From an uncultured Candidatus Rokubacteria bacterium (GTDB lineage Bacteria; Methylomirabilota; Methylomirabilia; Rokubacteriales; CSP1-6), in assembly GCA_963771355.1 (NCBI GenBank), contig CAVYTA010000005.1, positions 704,001-768,000 of the forward strand: 64,000 nucleotides of DNA. The letters run 5' to 3'. A program made the position numbers and the translations under genes. This document shows, in pieces, positions 40,885 through 49,321 of this stretch (position 1 is its first letter; the number at the start of each line of letters is the position of its first letter). Under the pieces are notes generated by a model. The model had not been told where the DNA came from and made no database searches. It saw nothing but the letters and a program-made list of their open reading frames with translations.

Positions 40885-41650
40885 GCCGCCCGGACGTCAG
40901 TCGGCGGACGTAGACGAGCGCCGCGCCCATGGCCAGCAGGTACGCCACCACGCCGAGCGCCGAGGCGGTGGCGAAGTCGCCGTGCTGGCCGAAGCGATAG
41001 TAGACGTCGATCATCAGCATCTGCGGGCCCCCGCCCCGTCCCATCATGAGCGGGATCGAGAACGACGCGAGCATCGAGGAAAAGATGAGGATCGTGCTCA
41101 CGGCGAGGGAGGAGGCGGCCATCGGCACCAGCACGTCGCGCGTCACCCGCCCGGTGCCCGCCCCGAAATTGCGCGCCGCCTCGAGATAGCTCTCGTCGAC
41201 GGATCGAAAGGCCCCCAGGAGGAGCAGGACAGCAAGGCCCAGGTGCTTCCAGGCCAGGGCCACCGCGATACCGCCCCATGACGAGGAGAACCCCGGCACG
41301 TAGGGGCTCATGAAGACGCGCAGCGCGTGGCCGACCACGACGAACGGCACGAACAGCGGCACCTTCAGGAGAAACTCGACCGGTCCGAACGCGCGGGCCC
41401 GGAGCCAGCCGCAGGCGGGGATGGCGACCGCGAAGGTGAGGGCGGTGCCCGCCGCCGCCACGCCGACGGTGTAGGCGACGTCGACGGCGTAGAGCCGGCG
41501 GACGGTCTCGTAGTTGGCCAGCGTGAGGGCGCCGTCGCGAGTGAAGCTGGCGGCGACCGAGGCCGCCAGCGGCCACAGGAACACGAAGCCCAGGACGGCC
41601 AGCGCCGGCGCGCAGAGGGCGGCCCAGAGGAAGCGCTCGGCGACGGTCAG
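40877..41650 (-). CDS. ABC permease (start uncertain, possibly CTG)
   Basis: PLFVPFVV, YLEAARNFGAG, SFSIP; the only plausible start near the hydrophobic N-terminus is CTG overlapping the SBP stop. Confidence 0.8.
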   Translation of the reverse strand: MTVAERFLWAALCAPALAVLGFVFLWPLAASVAASFTRDGALTLANYETVRRLYAVDVAYTVGVAAAGTALTFAVAIPACGWLRARAFGPVEFLLKVPLFVPFVVVGHALRVFMSPYVPGFSSSWGGIAVALAWKHLGLAVLLLLGAFRSVDESYLEAARNFGAGTGRVTRDVLVPMAASSLAVSTILIFSSMLASFSIPLMMGRGGGPQMLMIDVYYRFGQHGDFATASALGVVAYLLAMGAALVYVRRLTSGRHG

Positions 41651-42774
41651 CGCACGATCTCCTCGTACGCCAGCGTGATCAGGTCGTGGTACTCCTTGAT
41701 CGGCATCTGCCGGGAGTACCGGGCCAGATCGGATGCGCTCACGCCCTTGAAGAGGAGCTCCTTCGCCTTGGGGCTGATGAGGGGCAGCACGCGGTCGGCG
41801 TCGACGCCCGGATACCAGCCGAAGCGCTCGACGATGGCCTTGGCCTGGACCTCGGGCGTGGCGACGTAGTCGATGTAGCGCACCGCCGCCTCGCGGTTGG
41901 CCGCCTCCCGGGGCACCACCAGGTAGAGCGGGTAGATCGGCAGCCCCGGCGCGATCAGCGAGGGCGTGATCGACGGGTCCATCCGGCCTTCGTTCTTCCA
42001 GGCGACCAGCTGGTCGATCCAGACCGCGCCCATCCAGATCTCGCCGCGATTGAGCGCATCGAGGGTGCCGGCGTTGCCGTTCGTGATGAACGCATCGCGG
42101 TTGAAGTCGCGGAGGGCGGTCACGGCTCCGCGGATCGCCCCTTCCCGGGCCTTGTCGAAGGGGCCCTGCGTGAGCTGCGTGTAGAGCCCGGTCTTCCAGT
42201 ACACCCAGCCCATGGTGAAGCCGACGCCCGACACGCCGCCCTTGATCCCGTTGTAGCCGAATTTGCCGGGGTTGGCCTTGGCCCAGGCGGCGAGATCGTC
42301 GAAAGACTTCGGCGGCGCGGGGACCTTGGCCGGGTTGTAAGCGATGGCGATCTGGTTCTGGAACATCGGCACCACGTAGCCGTCGACCTTGACGCCGAAC
42401 GCCTCCTTGACCTCGGCGCCCTTCACCAGGGCCGCGTGCTTCATCTGCGGCACGTAGGCGTGGAGCAGCCCTTCCTTCACCATCTGCGAGGCCACCGCCA
42501 TGCTCACGAGGGCGACGTCGATGTCCCAGTCCTTGCGGCCGGTGTCGGCCTGCGCCTTGATCTTCGTGTAGATGGCGCGGCTCGCCGGCTCGCCCGTGCC
42601 CGTGCCCACCACGTTCAGATCGACGTCGGGCGCCTGGGCCTTGAACCCGGGACCGAGCAGCGTCTTGTGCACCTCGACCACGTTCACGTCGGCGCCGATC
42701 GCCACGTTGAGCCGGGTGGCGGCGGACGCCGGCAGCGCCAGGACGAGCAGCAGGGTCAAGAGTCTGACGAGCAT
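41647..42774 (-). CDS. ABC extracellular solute-binding protein
   Basis: Signal peptide, IAYNPAKV, PKSFDDLAAWAKANPGKFGY. Confidence 0.88.
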   Translation of the reverse strand: MLVRLLTLLLVLALPASAATRLNVAIGADVNVVEVHKTLLGPGFKAQAPDVDLNVVGTGTGEPASRAIYTKIKAQADTGRKDWDIDVALVSMAVASQMVKEGLLHAYVPQMKHAALVKGAEVKEAFGVKVDGYVVPMFQNQIAIAYNPAKVPAPPKSFDDLAAWAKANPGKFGYNGIKGGVSGVGFTMGWVYWKTGLYTQLTQGPFDKAREGAIRGAVTALRDFNRDAFITNGNAGTLDALNRGEIWMGAVWIDQLVAWKNEGRMDPSITPSLIAPGLPIYPLYLVVPREAANREAAVRYIDYVATPEVQAKAIVERFGWYPGVDADRVLPLISPKAKELLFKGVSASDLARYSRQMPIKEYHDLITLAYEEIVR

Positions 42775-42824
42775 CGCGGATGTCTCCTTGTGCGCGGGCC
42801 GCCATGGGTCCGGCGGCTCCGCGT

Positions 42825-43871
42825 TCAGCGTTCGGTGTCCTCGTACACACGCAGGCGGTCCGGCGCGACCCGGACCGTCACCGGGCCTTCCCCGACCGGC
42901 TCGGGGCTGTCGGCCATGAGCAGGGCGTCGCCCACCCGCACGTAGTGGCGATAGAAGGCGCCGAGAAACAGCCGTTCCTCGACGTGCCCGGCCAGCGCGC
43001 TCCCATCACCTCCGGCCGCGCTTCTCGGCTCGAGCGTCACATCGGACGAGCGCACCACGACCACGACGGCGCCGCGCGCCCGCCCGTCGTACCGCAGGCA
43101 GTGGCCGGCCACGTGGAGCGAGCCGGCCTCCACCCGCCCCTCGAACCGGGTGCCCACGCCCAGGAAGTCGGCGGCGAACACGCTCGCCGGGCGGCGGTAG
43201 ACGTCCTCCGGCGCGCCCACCTGCACGACCCGGCCGGCGTGCAGGAGCACGACCCGATCGGCAATGGCGAGCGCCTCCTCCTGGTCGTGGGTGACGTAGA
43301 TGGTGGTGATGCCCACGCGCCGCTGCAGGCGGCGCACCTCGACCCTCAGGCGCTGGCGCACCTTGGCGTCCAGGTTCGACAGCGGCTCGTCGAGGAGGAG
43401 CACCCGCGGCTCCACCACCAGCGCGCGCGCGAGCGCCACTCGCTGCTGCTGGCCGCCCGACAGCGCGCCCGGCTTGCGGCGGGCGACCGCCTCGACGTCG
43501 CCGATCTCGACGAGCGCGAGCGCGTCGAGCGCGCGGCGCCGGATTTCAGCGGCGGCGACGCGCCGGAGCCGCAGGCCGTAGGCGACATTGTCGAACACGG
43601 TCATGTGGGGCCAGAGCGCATAGCTCTGGAACACCATCGCCGTCCCGCGCCCCTGCGGCGACGTCCCCGTCACGTCCTCGCCGGCGAATCGGATGGCGCC
43701 CGCGTCCACCGAGACGAACCCGGCGATGGACCGCAACAGGGTGGTCTTGCCGCAGCCCGAGGGACCGAGGATCGCCGACAGGCGTCCGGCCTCGAACTCG
43801 AGCGTCACGTCGCGAAGGGCCTCGACCTGGCCGTAGCGCTTGCGGACGCCCTCCACGGTCACGGGGATCAT
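42825..43871 (-). CDS. ABC ATPase (PotA/FbpC type)
   Basis: GPSGCGKTT, VFQSYALWPH, LSGGQQQR, DEPLSNLD. Confidence 0.9.
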   Translation of the reverse strand: MIPVTVEGVRKRYGQVEALRDVTLEFEAGRLSAILGPSGCGKTTLLRSIAGFVSVDAGAIRFAGEDVTGTSPQGRGTAMVFQSYALWPHMTVFDNVAYGLRLRRVAAAEIRRRALDALALVEIGDVEAVARRKPGALSGGQQQRVALARALVVEPRVLLLDEPLSNLDAKVRQRLRVEVRRLQRRVGITTIYVTHDQEEALAIADRVVLLHAGRVVQVGAPEDVYRRPASVFAADFLGVGTRFEGRVEAGSLHVAGHCLRYDGRARGAVVVVVRSSDVTLEPRSAAGGDGSALAGHVEERLFLGAFYRHYVRVGDALLMADSPEPVGEGPVTVRVAPDRLRVYEDTER

Positions 43872-43919
43872 CGGCGAGAGTCTAGCGCGTCGCGGCGAGC
43901 TCCGCGCGTGACGGCACGA

Positions 43920-44447
43920 CTACGAGAGCCACGTGCGAGCCCGCGCGCCGACCCGGCCGCGGGTCCGCCCGGCGGCGGCCAGCGCGCGGGCCACGGCGTC
44001 CTCGGGGGACCGTGCCACGACGATGGGCACCCGGCGGCCGTCCGGCTGCCGCAGCCGCCAGGTCCGGAGGCCGATCACCGGGATGCCGAACTTGAGGGCC
44101 AGCGCGATCTCCGAGAGGGTGCCGTACATCCCGCCCACCGCGATCACCGCGTCGCAGGAGCGGACCAGGATCACGTTGCGCGCCTGGTCCATGCCGGTGA
44201 CCACCGGGATCTGCACCCAGCGGTTGGCCCCGCCGCGGTCGAACCCGGGAAGAACACCGACGACGGTCCCGCCCGCCTGGGCCGCGCCGCGCGAGGCGGC
44301 TTCCATGACCCCGCCGCGACCGCCGGTGAAGAGCACCGCGCCCGCGGTGGCGATGGCTCGCCCGATGCGCTCGGCGGCGGCGGCGGTTCGCCTCGAGCAG
44401 GCGCCTTCGCCGATGACGGCGACCTGGCGGATCACGGCGGAAGACAT
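43920..44447 (-). CDS. TIGR00725-like (LOG/SLOG-fold) protein
   Basis: VAVIG, TGGRGGVMEAASRGA, ARNVI, GGMYGTLSEIA; the true start may be GTG 44435. Confidence 0.85.
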   Translation of the reverse strand: MSSAVIRQVAVIGEGACSRRTAAAAERIGRAIATAGAVLFTGGRGGVMEAASRGAAQAGGTVVGVLPGFDRGGANRWVQIPVVTGMDQARNVILVRSCDAVIAVGGMYGTLSEIALALKFGIPVIGLRTWRLRQPDGRRVPIVVARSPEDAVARALAAAGRTRGRVGARARTWLS

Positions 44448-44529
44448 AGCGCCGCGCCCTCCGGCGTGTCAAGGCGGGTCTGAACTACCACCACATCTGG
44501 GGTGGGACGGAGACTCGGGCTACCGCATC

Positions 44530-44564
44530 TTGAGATTGCCAGCACTCAACACTTGATGTGTAAT
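44530..44564 (+). promoter_or_regulatory. imuA promoter with an overlapping inverted repeat
   Basis: TTGCCA(44536)-17nt-TGTAAT(44559); TTGAG-N10-CTCAA at 44530-44549 spans the -35. Confidence 0.45.
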
Positions 44565-44597
44565 CAGATTCACTCAGCGCGCCCAGGTATCTATTCA

Positions 44598-45245
44598 ATG
44601 GCCATAGCGAAAGAGTCCTTGCCCCCGCCAGGGTGGGGTCTCGAGAGCATCGCCTCCATGCTGGAGGCGTTTCCCCGAGGCCAGCTCAGCGAGATCATCG
44701 GCCCGCGGTCCGCGGGAGGCAGCAGTCTCCTCACCGCGCTCCTGGCCCGGGCGACCGCCGCCGGCGACCTCGTCGCCCTCGTCGACGGCGCCGACGCCTT
44801 CGACCCCGCGGGAGCGGCCGCCGCCGGCGCCGAGCTGCGCTCGCTGTGCTGGGTGCGCGGGGGCGGCCGGCTCGATGCCGCCTGCCGGGCGGCGGAGCTA
44901 CTCGCGCGCTGCGAGGGCTTCGCGTGGGTGGCCCTCGATCTCGCCGCGGACCTGACCGGTCCCGCCCGGATGCCGCCGACGTTCGCGCCGGCCACCTGGA
45001 TACGGCTGCAGCGTGCGGTGCGCGACACGCCCACCCGGCTCATCGTCCATGCCTCGCGGCATCTCGCGGGGAGCGCGGCCGCGCTCGTGCTGGGGGTGGA
45101 GCGGGGGCCGGCGCGCTGGATGGGCTCGCCCCGCCCCCGTCGGCTCGACGGCCTGGGCTCGCGCGTGCGCGTGCTGCGCGCCCGCCCACCGGCTCCCATC
45201 GTGGGAGGGAGCGGGAAGGAATGGGTGATCGCGTGGCGGCTCTGA
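44598..45245 (+). CDS. imuA: ImuA-like RecA-fold protein
   Basis: FPRGQLSEIIGPRSAGGSS (degenerate Walker A), ALVDGADAFDP, WIRLQRA; first gene upstream of imuB. Confidence 0.75.
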   Translation: MAIAKESLPPPGWGLESIASMLEAFPRGQLSEIIGPRSAGGSSLLTALLARATAAGDLVALVDGADAFDPAGAAAAGAELRSLCWVRGGGRLDAACRAAELLARCEGFAWVALDLAADLTGPARMPPTFAPATWIRLQRAVRDTPTRLIVHASRHLAGSAAALVLGVERGPARWMGSPRPRRLDGLGSRVRVLRARPPAPIVGGSGKEWVIAWRL

Positions 45246-46750
45246 GGCGGCTCGGCTGTCTCCTCGTGCCCGGCTTCGCCGCCGCGGCGGCGGTGCGGGC
45301 CGAGCCCGCGCTCGCCGGACAGCCGCTGGTCATACTCGACGAGGCGCGTCCCGGGCGGCTGGTGCGCGAGACCAGCGCGGCGGCGCGCGCCCTGGGCATT
45401 GTCCCCGGCATGACGGAGGCGGCGGCGCTGGCGCGGCCGGCCCGCGTGATCTGCCGCGAGCGCGTGGCCGCCCACGAGGCCGCGGCGCAGGCGGCGCTGC
45501 TGGAGGTGGCGCTCGCGCATTCGCCCCGCGTGGAGGAAGGCGGTCCCGGCGAGGTCTATCTCGACACGGCCGGTCTCGGCGCGCTGTTCGGCGACGAGGC
45601 GGCGCTGGCGCGGCGGCTCGCGGCGGCGACGGCCGCGGCGGCCCTGCCCGCGCGGGTGGGCATCGCGGGCAGCCGCGTCGCCGCGCATCTCGCCGCGCGC
45701 TGGGGCGCGGGCGCGGAGTGCGTCCCGCCCGAGGGCGACGCCGCCTATCTCGCTCCCGCGCCGCTGGGGCTGCTGGGTCTGCCCGTGGAGCTGGCGCGAC
45801 GGCTGGAGCGCTGGGGGCTCCGCACCCTCGGCGAGCTCGCGGCCCTGCCCGCGCGCGAGCTCTTCGAACGGCTCGGCGCCGACGGGCCGCGGCTCCAGGC
45901 GCTCGCGCGCGGCGAAGACCCGCGCCCGCTCTTGCCCTGGCGGCCTCCACGCTCCTTCGAGGAGACGCGAGAGCTGGACTGGGCGGCGGACAATCTCGAG
46001 CCGCTCTTCGCCCTCTTCGCCGAGCTGGCCGACCGTGTCTGCGTGCGGCTCGAGGAAGAGGCGCTGGCCGCCGACCTCTTCGAGTGGTCATGCCATGTGG
46101 CGGCCGGGCGTGGGCCGGGGCGCGAGGTGCACGGCTCCTTCGTCCCGCCCGTGCCCACGCGTGAAGCGGGCGCGGTGATGGCCGTGCTCCGCGCCACCCT
46201 CGCGGCCACCCCGCCCACCGGCGCGGTGACGGCGCTCATGCTCCGCGCCCAGCCGGTGCGTGTGCTCGCGGCGCAGGAGCCGCTGGCGGGCGAGCCGCGG
46301 CCGAGCCCGCGCGCGCTGGCCGAGACCATCGCGCGGGTCATCGGGGTGGTGGGCGCCGGCAATCTCGGCGTGCCCGTGCTCCTCGACACGCATCGCCCCG
46401 ACGCGATCCGCCTCGAGCCCCTCAATGTCCTCGCCCAGGCCCTCGCCCATGTGCCTTCTCCGCCCGGAGGAGGAAACGGGCCGGGGGAGGGCGGAGTCCT
46501 CGCCCTCCGCCGGCTCCGCCCGCCGCGGCCGGCGCAGGTGCGTCTCGTGGGCGGCCGGCCGGTGCATCTTCGCTCCGGTGGGCTCGCGGGCGCCATCGTG
46601 GCCAGCGCGGGGCCGTGGCGCGTATCGGGCGAGTGGTGGCGGGAGAGCCGCTGGGGCGCGGATGAATGGGACGTGGAGCTCACCGACGGCACGCTCGGCC
46701 GCCTGGCCCATGACGGCTCCGCCTGGGTGCTCGAAGGCGTGTACGACTAG
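45221..46750 (+). CDS. imuB: ImuB, inactive Y-family polymerase-like protein
   Basis: ARALGIVPGMT, HSPRVEE, VYLD, WGLRTLGELA, C-terminal GPWRVSGEWW...EGVYD. Confidence 0.85.
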   Translation: MGDRVAALRRLGCLLVPGFAAAAAVRAEPALAGQPLVILDEARPGRLVRETSAAARALGIVPGMTEAAALARPARVICRERVAAHEAAAQAALLEVALAHSPRVEEGGPGEVYLDTAGLGALFGDEAALARRLAAATAAAALPARVGIAGSRVAAHLAARWGAGAECVPPEGDAAYLAPAPLGLLGLPVELARRLERWGLRTLGELAALPARELFERLGADGPRLQALARGEDPRPLLPWRPPRSFEETRELDWAADNLEPLFALFAELADRVCVRLEEEALAADLFEWSCHVAAGRGPGREVHGSFVPPVPTREAGAVMAVLRATLAATPPTGAVTALMLRAQPVRVLAAQEPLAGEPRPSPRALAETIARVIGVVGAGNLGVPVLLDTHRPDAIRLEPLNVLAQALAHVPSPPGGGNGPGEGGVLALRRLRPPRPAQVRLVGGRPVHLRSGGLAGAIVASAGPWRVSGEWWRESRWGADEWDVELTDGTLGRLAHDGSAWVLEGVYD

Positions 46751-46760
46751 AGGCGTGAAC

Positions 46761-47912
46761 ATGGACATCCGGCCCTTCCAGGTGAATATCCCCCAGCCCG
46801 CGCTCGACGACCTGCGGGCCCGTCTCGCCCGCACCCGCTGGCCGGACGAGGTTCTCGCCGCGGGCTGGGACTACGGCGCGAACCTCGCCTACATGCGGGA
46901 GCTCGTGACGTACTGGGGCAGCGGCTTCGACTGGCGGCGGGAGGAGCGGGCAATGAACGCGCTGCCGCACTTCCGAGCCGACGTGGAGGGGGTGGGCATT
47001 CACTTCATCCACTTGCGGGGCCGGGGGCCGGCCCCGATGCCGCTTCTCATCACGCATGGCTGGCCGAGCTCCTTCGTCGAGATGCTCGCACTGATCCCCC
47101 TTCTCGCCGATCCCGGCGCTCACGGGGGCGATCCCGCCGATGCCTTCGACGTGGTGGTGCCGTCTGTGCCCGGCTTCGGATTCTCGGACCGGCCGGGGCG
47201 GGGCATGACGCGGAGCCGCGTGGCGGGACTCTGGGCGCGGCTCATGGACGGCCTGGGCTATGCGCGCTACGTCGCGCACGGCAACGATATCGGCGCGGTG
47301 ATCTCGGGCTGGCTGGCCCACGACGCGCCCGAGCGGCTGATCGCGCTGCACACCTTGATGCCGACCTTCCCGTCGCCGGTGATCGGCGCGGACGTCCAGC
47401 CCCTCACCGAGGCAGAGCGCGCCTTCGCCGCGCTCCAGGCGCGCTGGATGCAGGACGAGGGCGGCTACAACCTGATCCAGGAAACCCGGCCGCAAACCCT
47501 GGCCTATGGCCTCCACGATTCCCCCGCCGGGCTGGCCGCGTGGATCGTGGAGAAGTGGCGCGGGTGGACCGATCCCGCCGGGGAGGTGGAGCGCTACTTC
47601 TCGAGAGATCTTCTCCTCGCCAATATCACGCTCTACTGGCTCACCGAGACCGTCAATGCCGCGAACCGCTCGTACTACGAGCGGGCGCGCGAGCCGCGCT
47701 CGATCACGACACGCATCGCCGTCCCCACCGGAGTGGCCCTCACCACGGAGGACATCCAGCGCCCGCCACGGGAGCGCGCCGAGCGGAGCTACGCCGACAT
47801 CCGCCGCTGGGTGGAATTCCCGCGCGGCGGCCACTTCATCGCCGCCGAGGAGCCGGCGCTCCTGGCCGCGGAGCTGCGGGAATTCTTCCGGCCGTTCCGG
47901 ACCGTGCGCTAG
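46761..47912 (+). CDS. Epoxide hydrolase (EHN + alpha/beta hydrolase)
   Basis: LDDLRARL, FDWRREE, THGWPSS, VPGFGFS, GNDIG, DSPAGLAAW, GGHF. Confidence 0.92.
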   Translation: MDIRPFQVNIPQPALDDLRARLARTRWPDEVLAAGWDYGANLAYMRELVTYWGSGFDWRREERAMNALPHFRADVEGVGIHFIHLRGRGPAPMPLLITHGWPSSFVEMLALIPLLADPGAHGGDPADAFDVVVPSVPGFGFSDRPGRGMTRSRVAGLWARLMDGLGYARYVAHGNDIGAVISGWLAHDAPERLIALHTLMPTFPSPVIGADVQPLTEAERAFAALQARWMQDEGGYNLIQETRPQTLAYGLHDSPAGLAAWIVEKWRGWTDPAGEVERYFSRDLLLANITLYWLTETVNAANRSYYERAREPRSITTRIAVPTGVALTTEDIQRPPRERAERSYADIRRWVEFPRGGHFIAAEEPALLAAELREFFRPFRTVR

Positions 47913-47914
47913 TC

Positions 47915-48820
47915 ATGGCCCGCCCCGCCATCACCGTCCTCGTCACCGACATGGACAATACCCTCTTCGACTGGCTCGAGATGTGGCGCACCGCCTTCGG
48001 CGCCATGCTCGATCGGCTCGTGATCGATAGCGGCCTCCCGCGCGAGACCCTGGAGGAAGAGCTGAGCGCGGTGCACCGGGAGCACGGCACCACGGAGTAC
48101 GCCTTCGCCATCCAGGCGCTGCCCTCGCTGCGCGCCCGCCATCCCGGGGAGGACCTGCCCACGCGCTACGCCGCCGCCATCAAGGCCTATCGCACCGCGC
48201 GCCGCGGAACGCTAAAGCTCTATCCCGGCGTCCTCGACACCCTGCGGGCGCTGCGGGCGGCAGGGACGCGGGTGGTGGCGTACACGGAGTCGCGCGCCTT
48301 CCACGCGAGCTACCGCGCCCGCGCGCTCGGTCTGGACGGTGTGCTCGACGCCCTCTATTCGCCCCCCGATCACGCGCTGCCCGACGGGCTCCGCCTCGAT
48401 GACATCCGCCGCTACCCCCCGGAGCACTACGGCTTCCGGCACACCGTGCACCGGCACACGCGGGAAGGCGCGTGGAAGCCCGACGCCGCGGTGCTGCTCG
48501 ACCTGCTGCGCGGCGACCTCGGGGCCGAGCCCGGCGAGGCGGTGTACGTGGGGGACAGCCTGGTCAAGGACGTGGCCATGGCGCAGGCGGCGGGAGTGGC
48601 CGACGTGTTCGCCCGCTACGGCGACGTCCGCGGCCGGCCCGGCTACGATCTGTTGCGACGGGTGTCCCACTGGACGCCCGCCATGCTCGCCGGCGCGGAG
48701 CGCCTCGCGGAAGCCGACGTGCGCCCCACCCATGTGCTGAAGTCCGGCTTCGCCGAGCTCCTCGACCTGATCGAGCCGCGCCGCTTCACCCCGCGCCGCG
48801 GTGACGGTCAGTCGGAATAG
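47915..48820 (+). CDS. HAD-superfamily hydrolase
   Basis: TDMDNTL (motif I), YTES, WKPD, YVGDSLVKDV. Confidence 0.85.
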   Translation: MARPAITVLVTDMDNTLFDWLEMWRTAFGAMLDRLVIDSGLPRETLEEELSAVHREHGTTEYAFAIQALPSLRARHPGEDLPTRYAAAIKAYRTARRGTLKLYPGVLDTLRALRAAGTRVVAYTESRAFHASYRARALGLDGVLDALYSPPDHALPDGLRLDDIRRYPPEHYGFRHTVHRHTREGAWKPDAAVLLDLLRGDLGAEPGEAVYVGDSLVKDVAMAQAAGVADVFARYGDVRGRPGYDLLRRVSHWTPAMLAGAERLAEADVRPTHVLKSGFAELLDLIEPRRFTPRRGDGQSE

Positions 48821-49053
48821 AAGTGTGGGCGCAGATCTTCTTCGGGGACGAAGCGAGCCGCCTGGCGAAAGATCGCCCGGCACGTACCGGTGTCGAGCTC
48901 GGGATGGGAAGGGACAGTCAGCGTCTGTGTCGTTCCGTCGGTCAGGACACGACGGAGCTTGATGTGGCTTCCACGTTGTGAGTGAACGGTGAAACCGAAG
49001 CGACCGAGAATTACGACGATCTCCGCGCCAGAGAGGCGCCGGAGCCTAGGCAT
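48808..49053 (-). CDS. hicA: HicA family toxin
   Basis: LSGAEIVVILGRFGF...QRGSHIKL...TVPSHPELDTGT. Confidence 0.9.
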   Translation of the reverse strand: MPRLRRLSGAEIVVILGRFGFTVHSQRGSHIKLRRVLTDGTTQTLTVPSHPELDTGTCRAIFRQAARFVPEEDLRPHFYSD

Positions 49054-49279
49054 GCGTCGGCAGGAGCTCCATGGTGACGAGGACGGTCGGGTTCGGTACG
49101 AGACCGAGGGATGCGAGATCTTCGCCGTCGAGATGGAGAGCGACGGCTTCCCCGAGGTTCTTCGTTACCTGATCCAGCGTCTGTCCCTGGGTGACGACCG
49201 GGATCTCGAGGCATTCGGCCACGTACCCCGACTGCTCGCCCTGACGGATCACCGCCTTGATCGTGTGCTGGAGCATCAA
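49046..49279 (-). CDS. hicB: HicB family antitoxin (short form)
   Basis: GYVAECLEIPVVTQGQTLDQVTKNLGEAVALHL; overlaps the hicA start; AAGGGGG RBS. Confidence 0.88.
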   Translation of the reverse strand: MMLQHTIKAVIRQGEQSGYVAECLEIPVVTQGQTLDQVTKNLGEAVALHLDGEDLASLGLVPNPTVLVTMELLPTHA

Positions 49280-49321
49280 CGTCCCCCTTGTTGGACTCTA
49301 GTATAGCGTAGGGCGCGCGCC

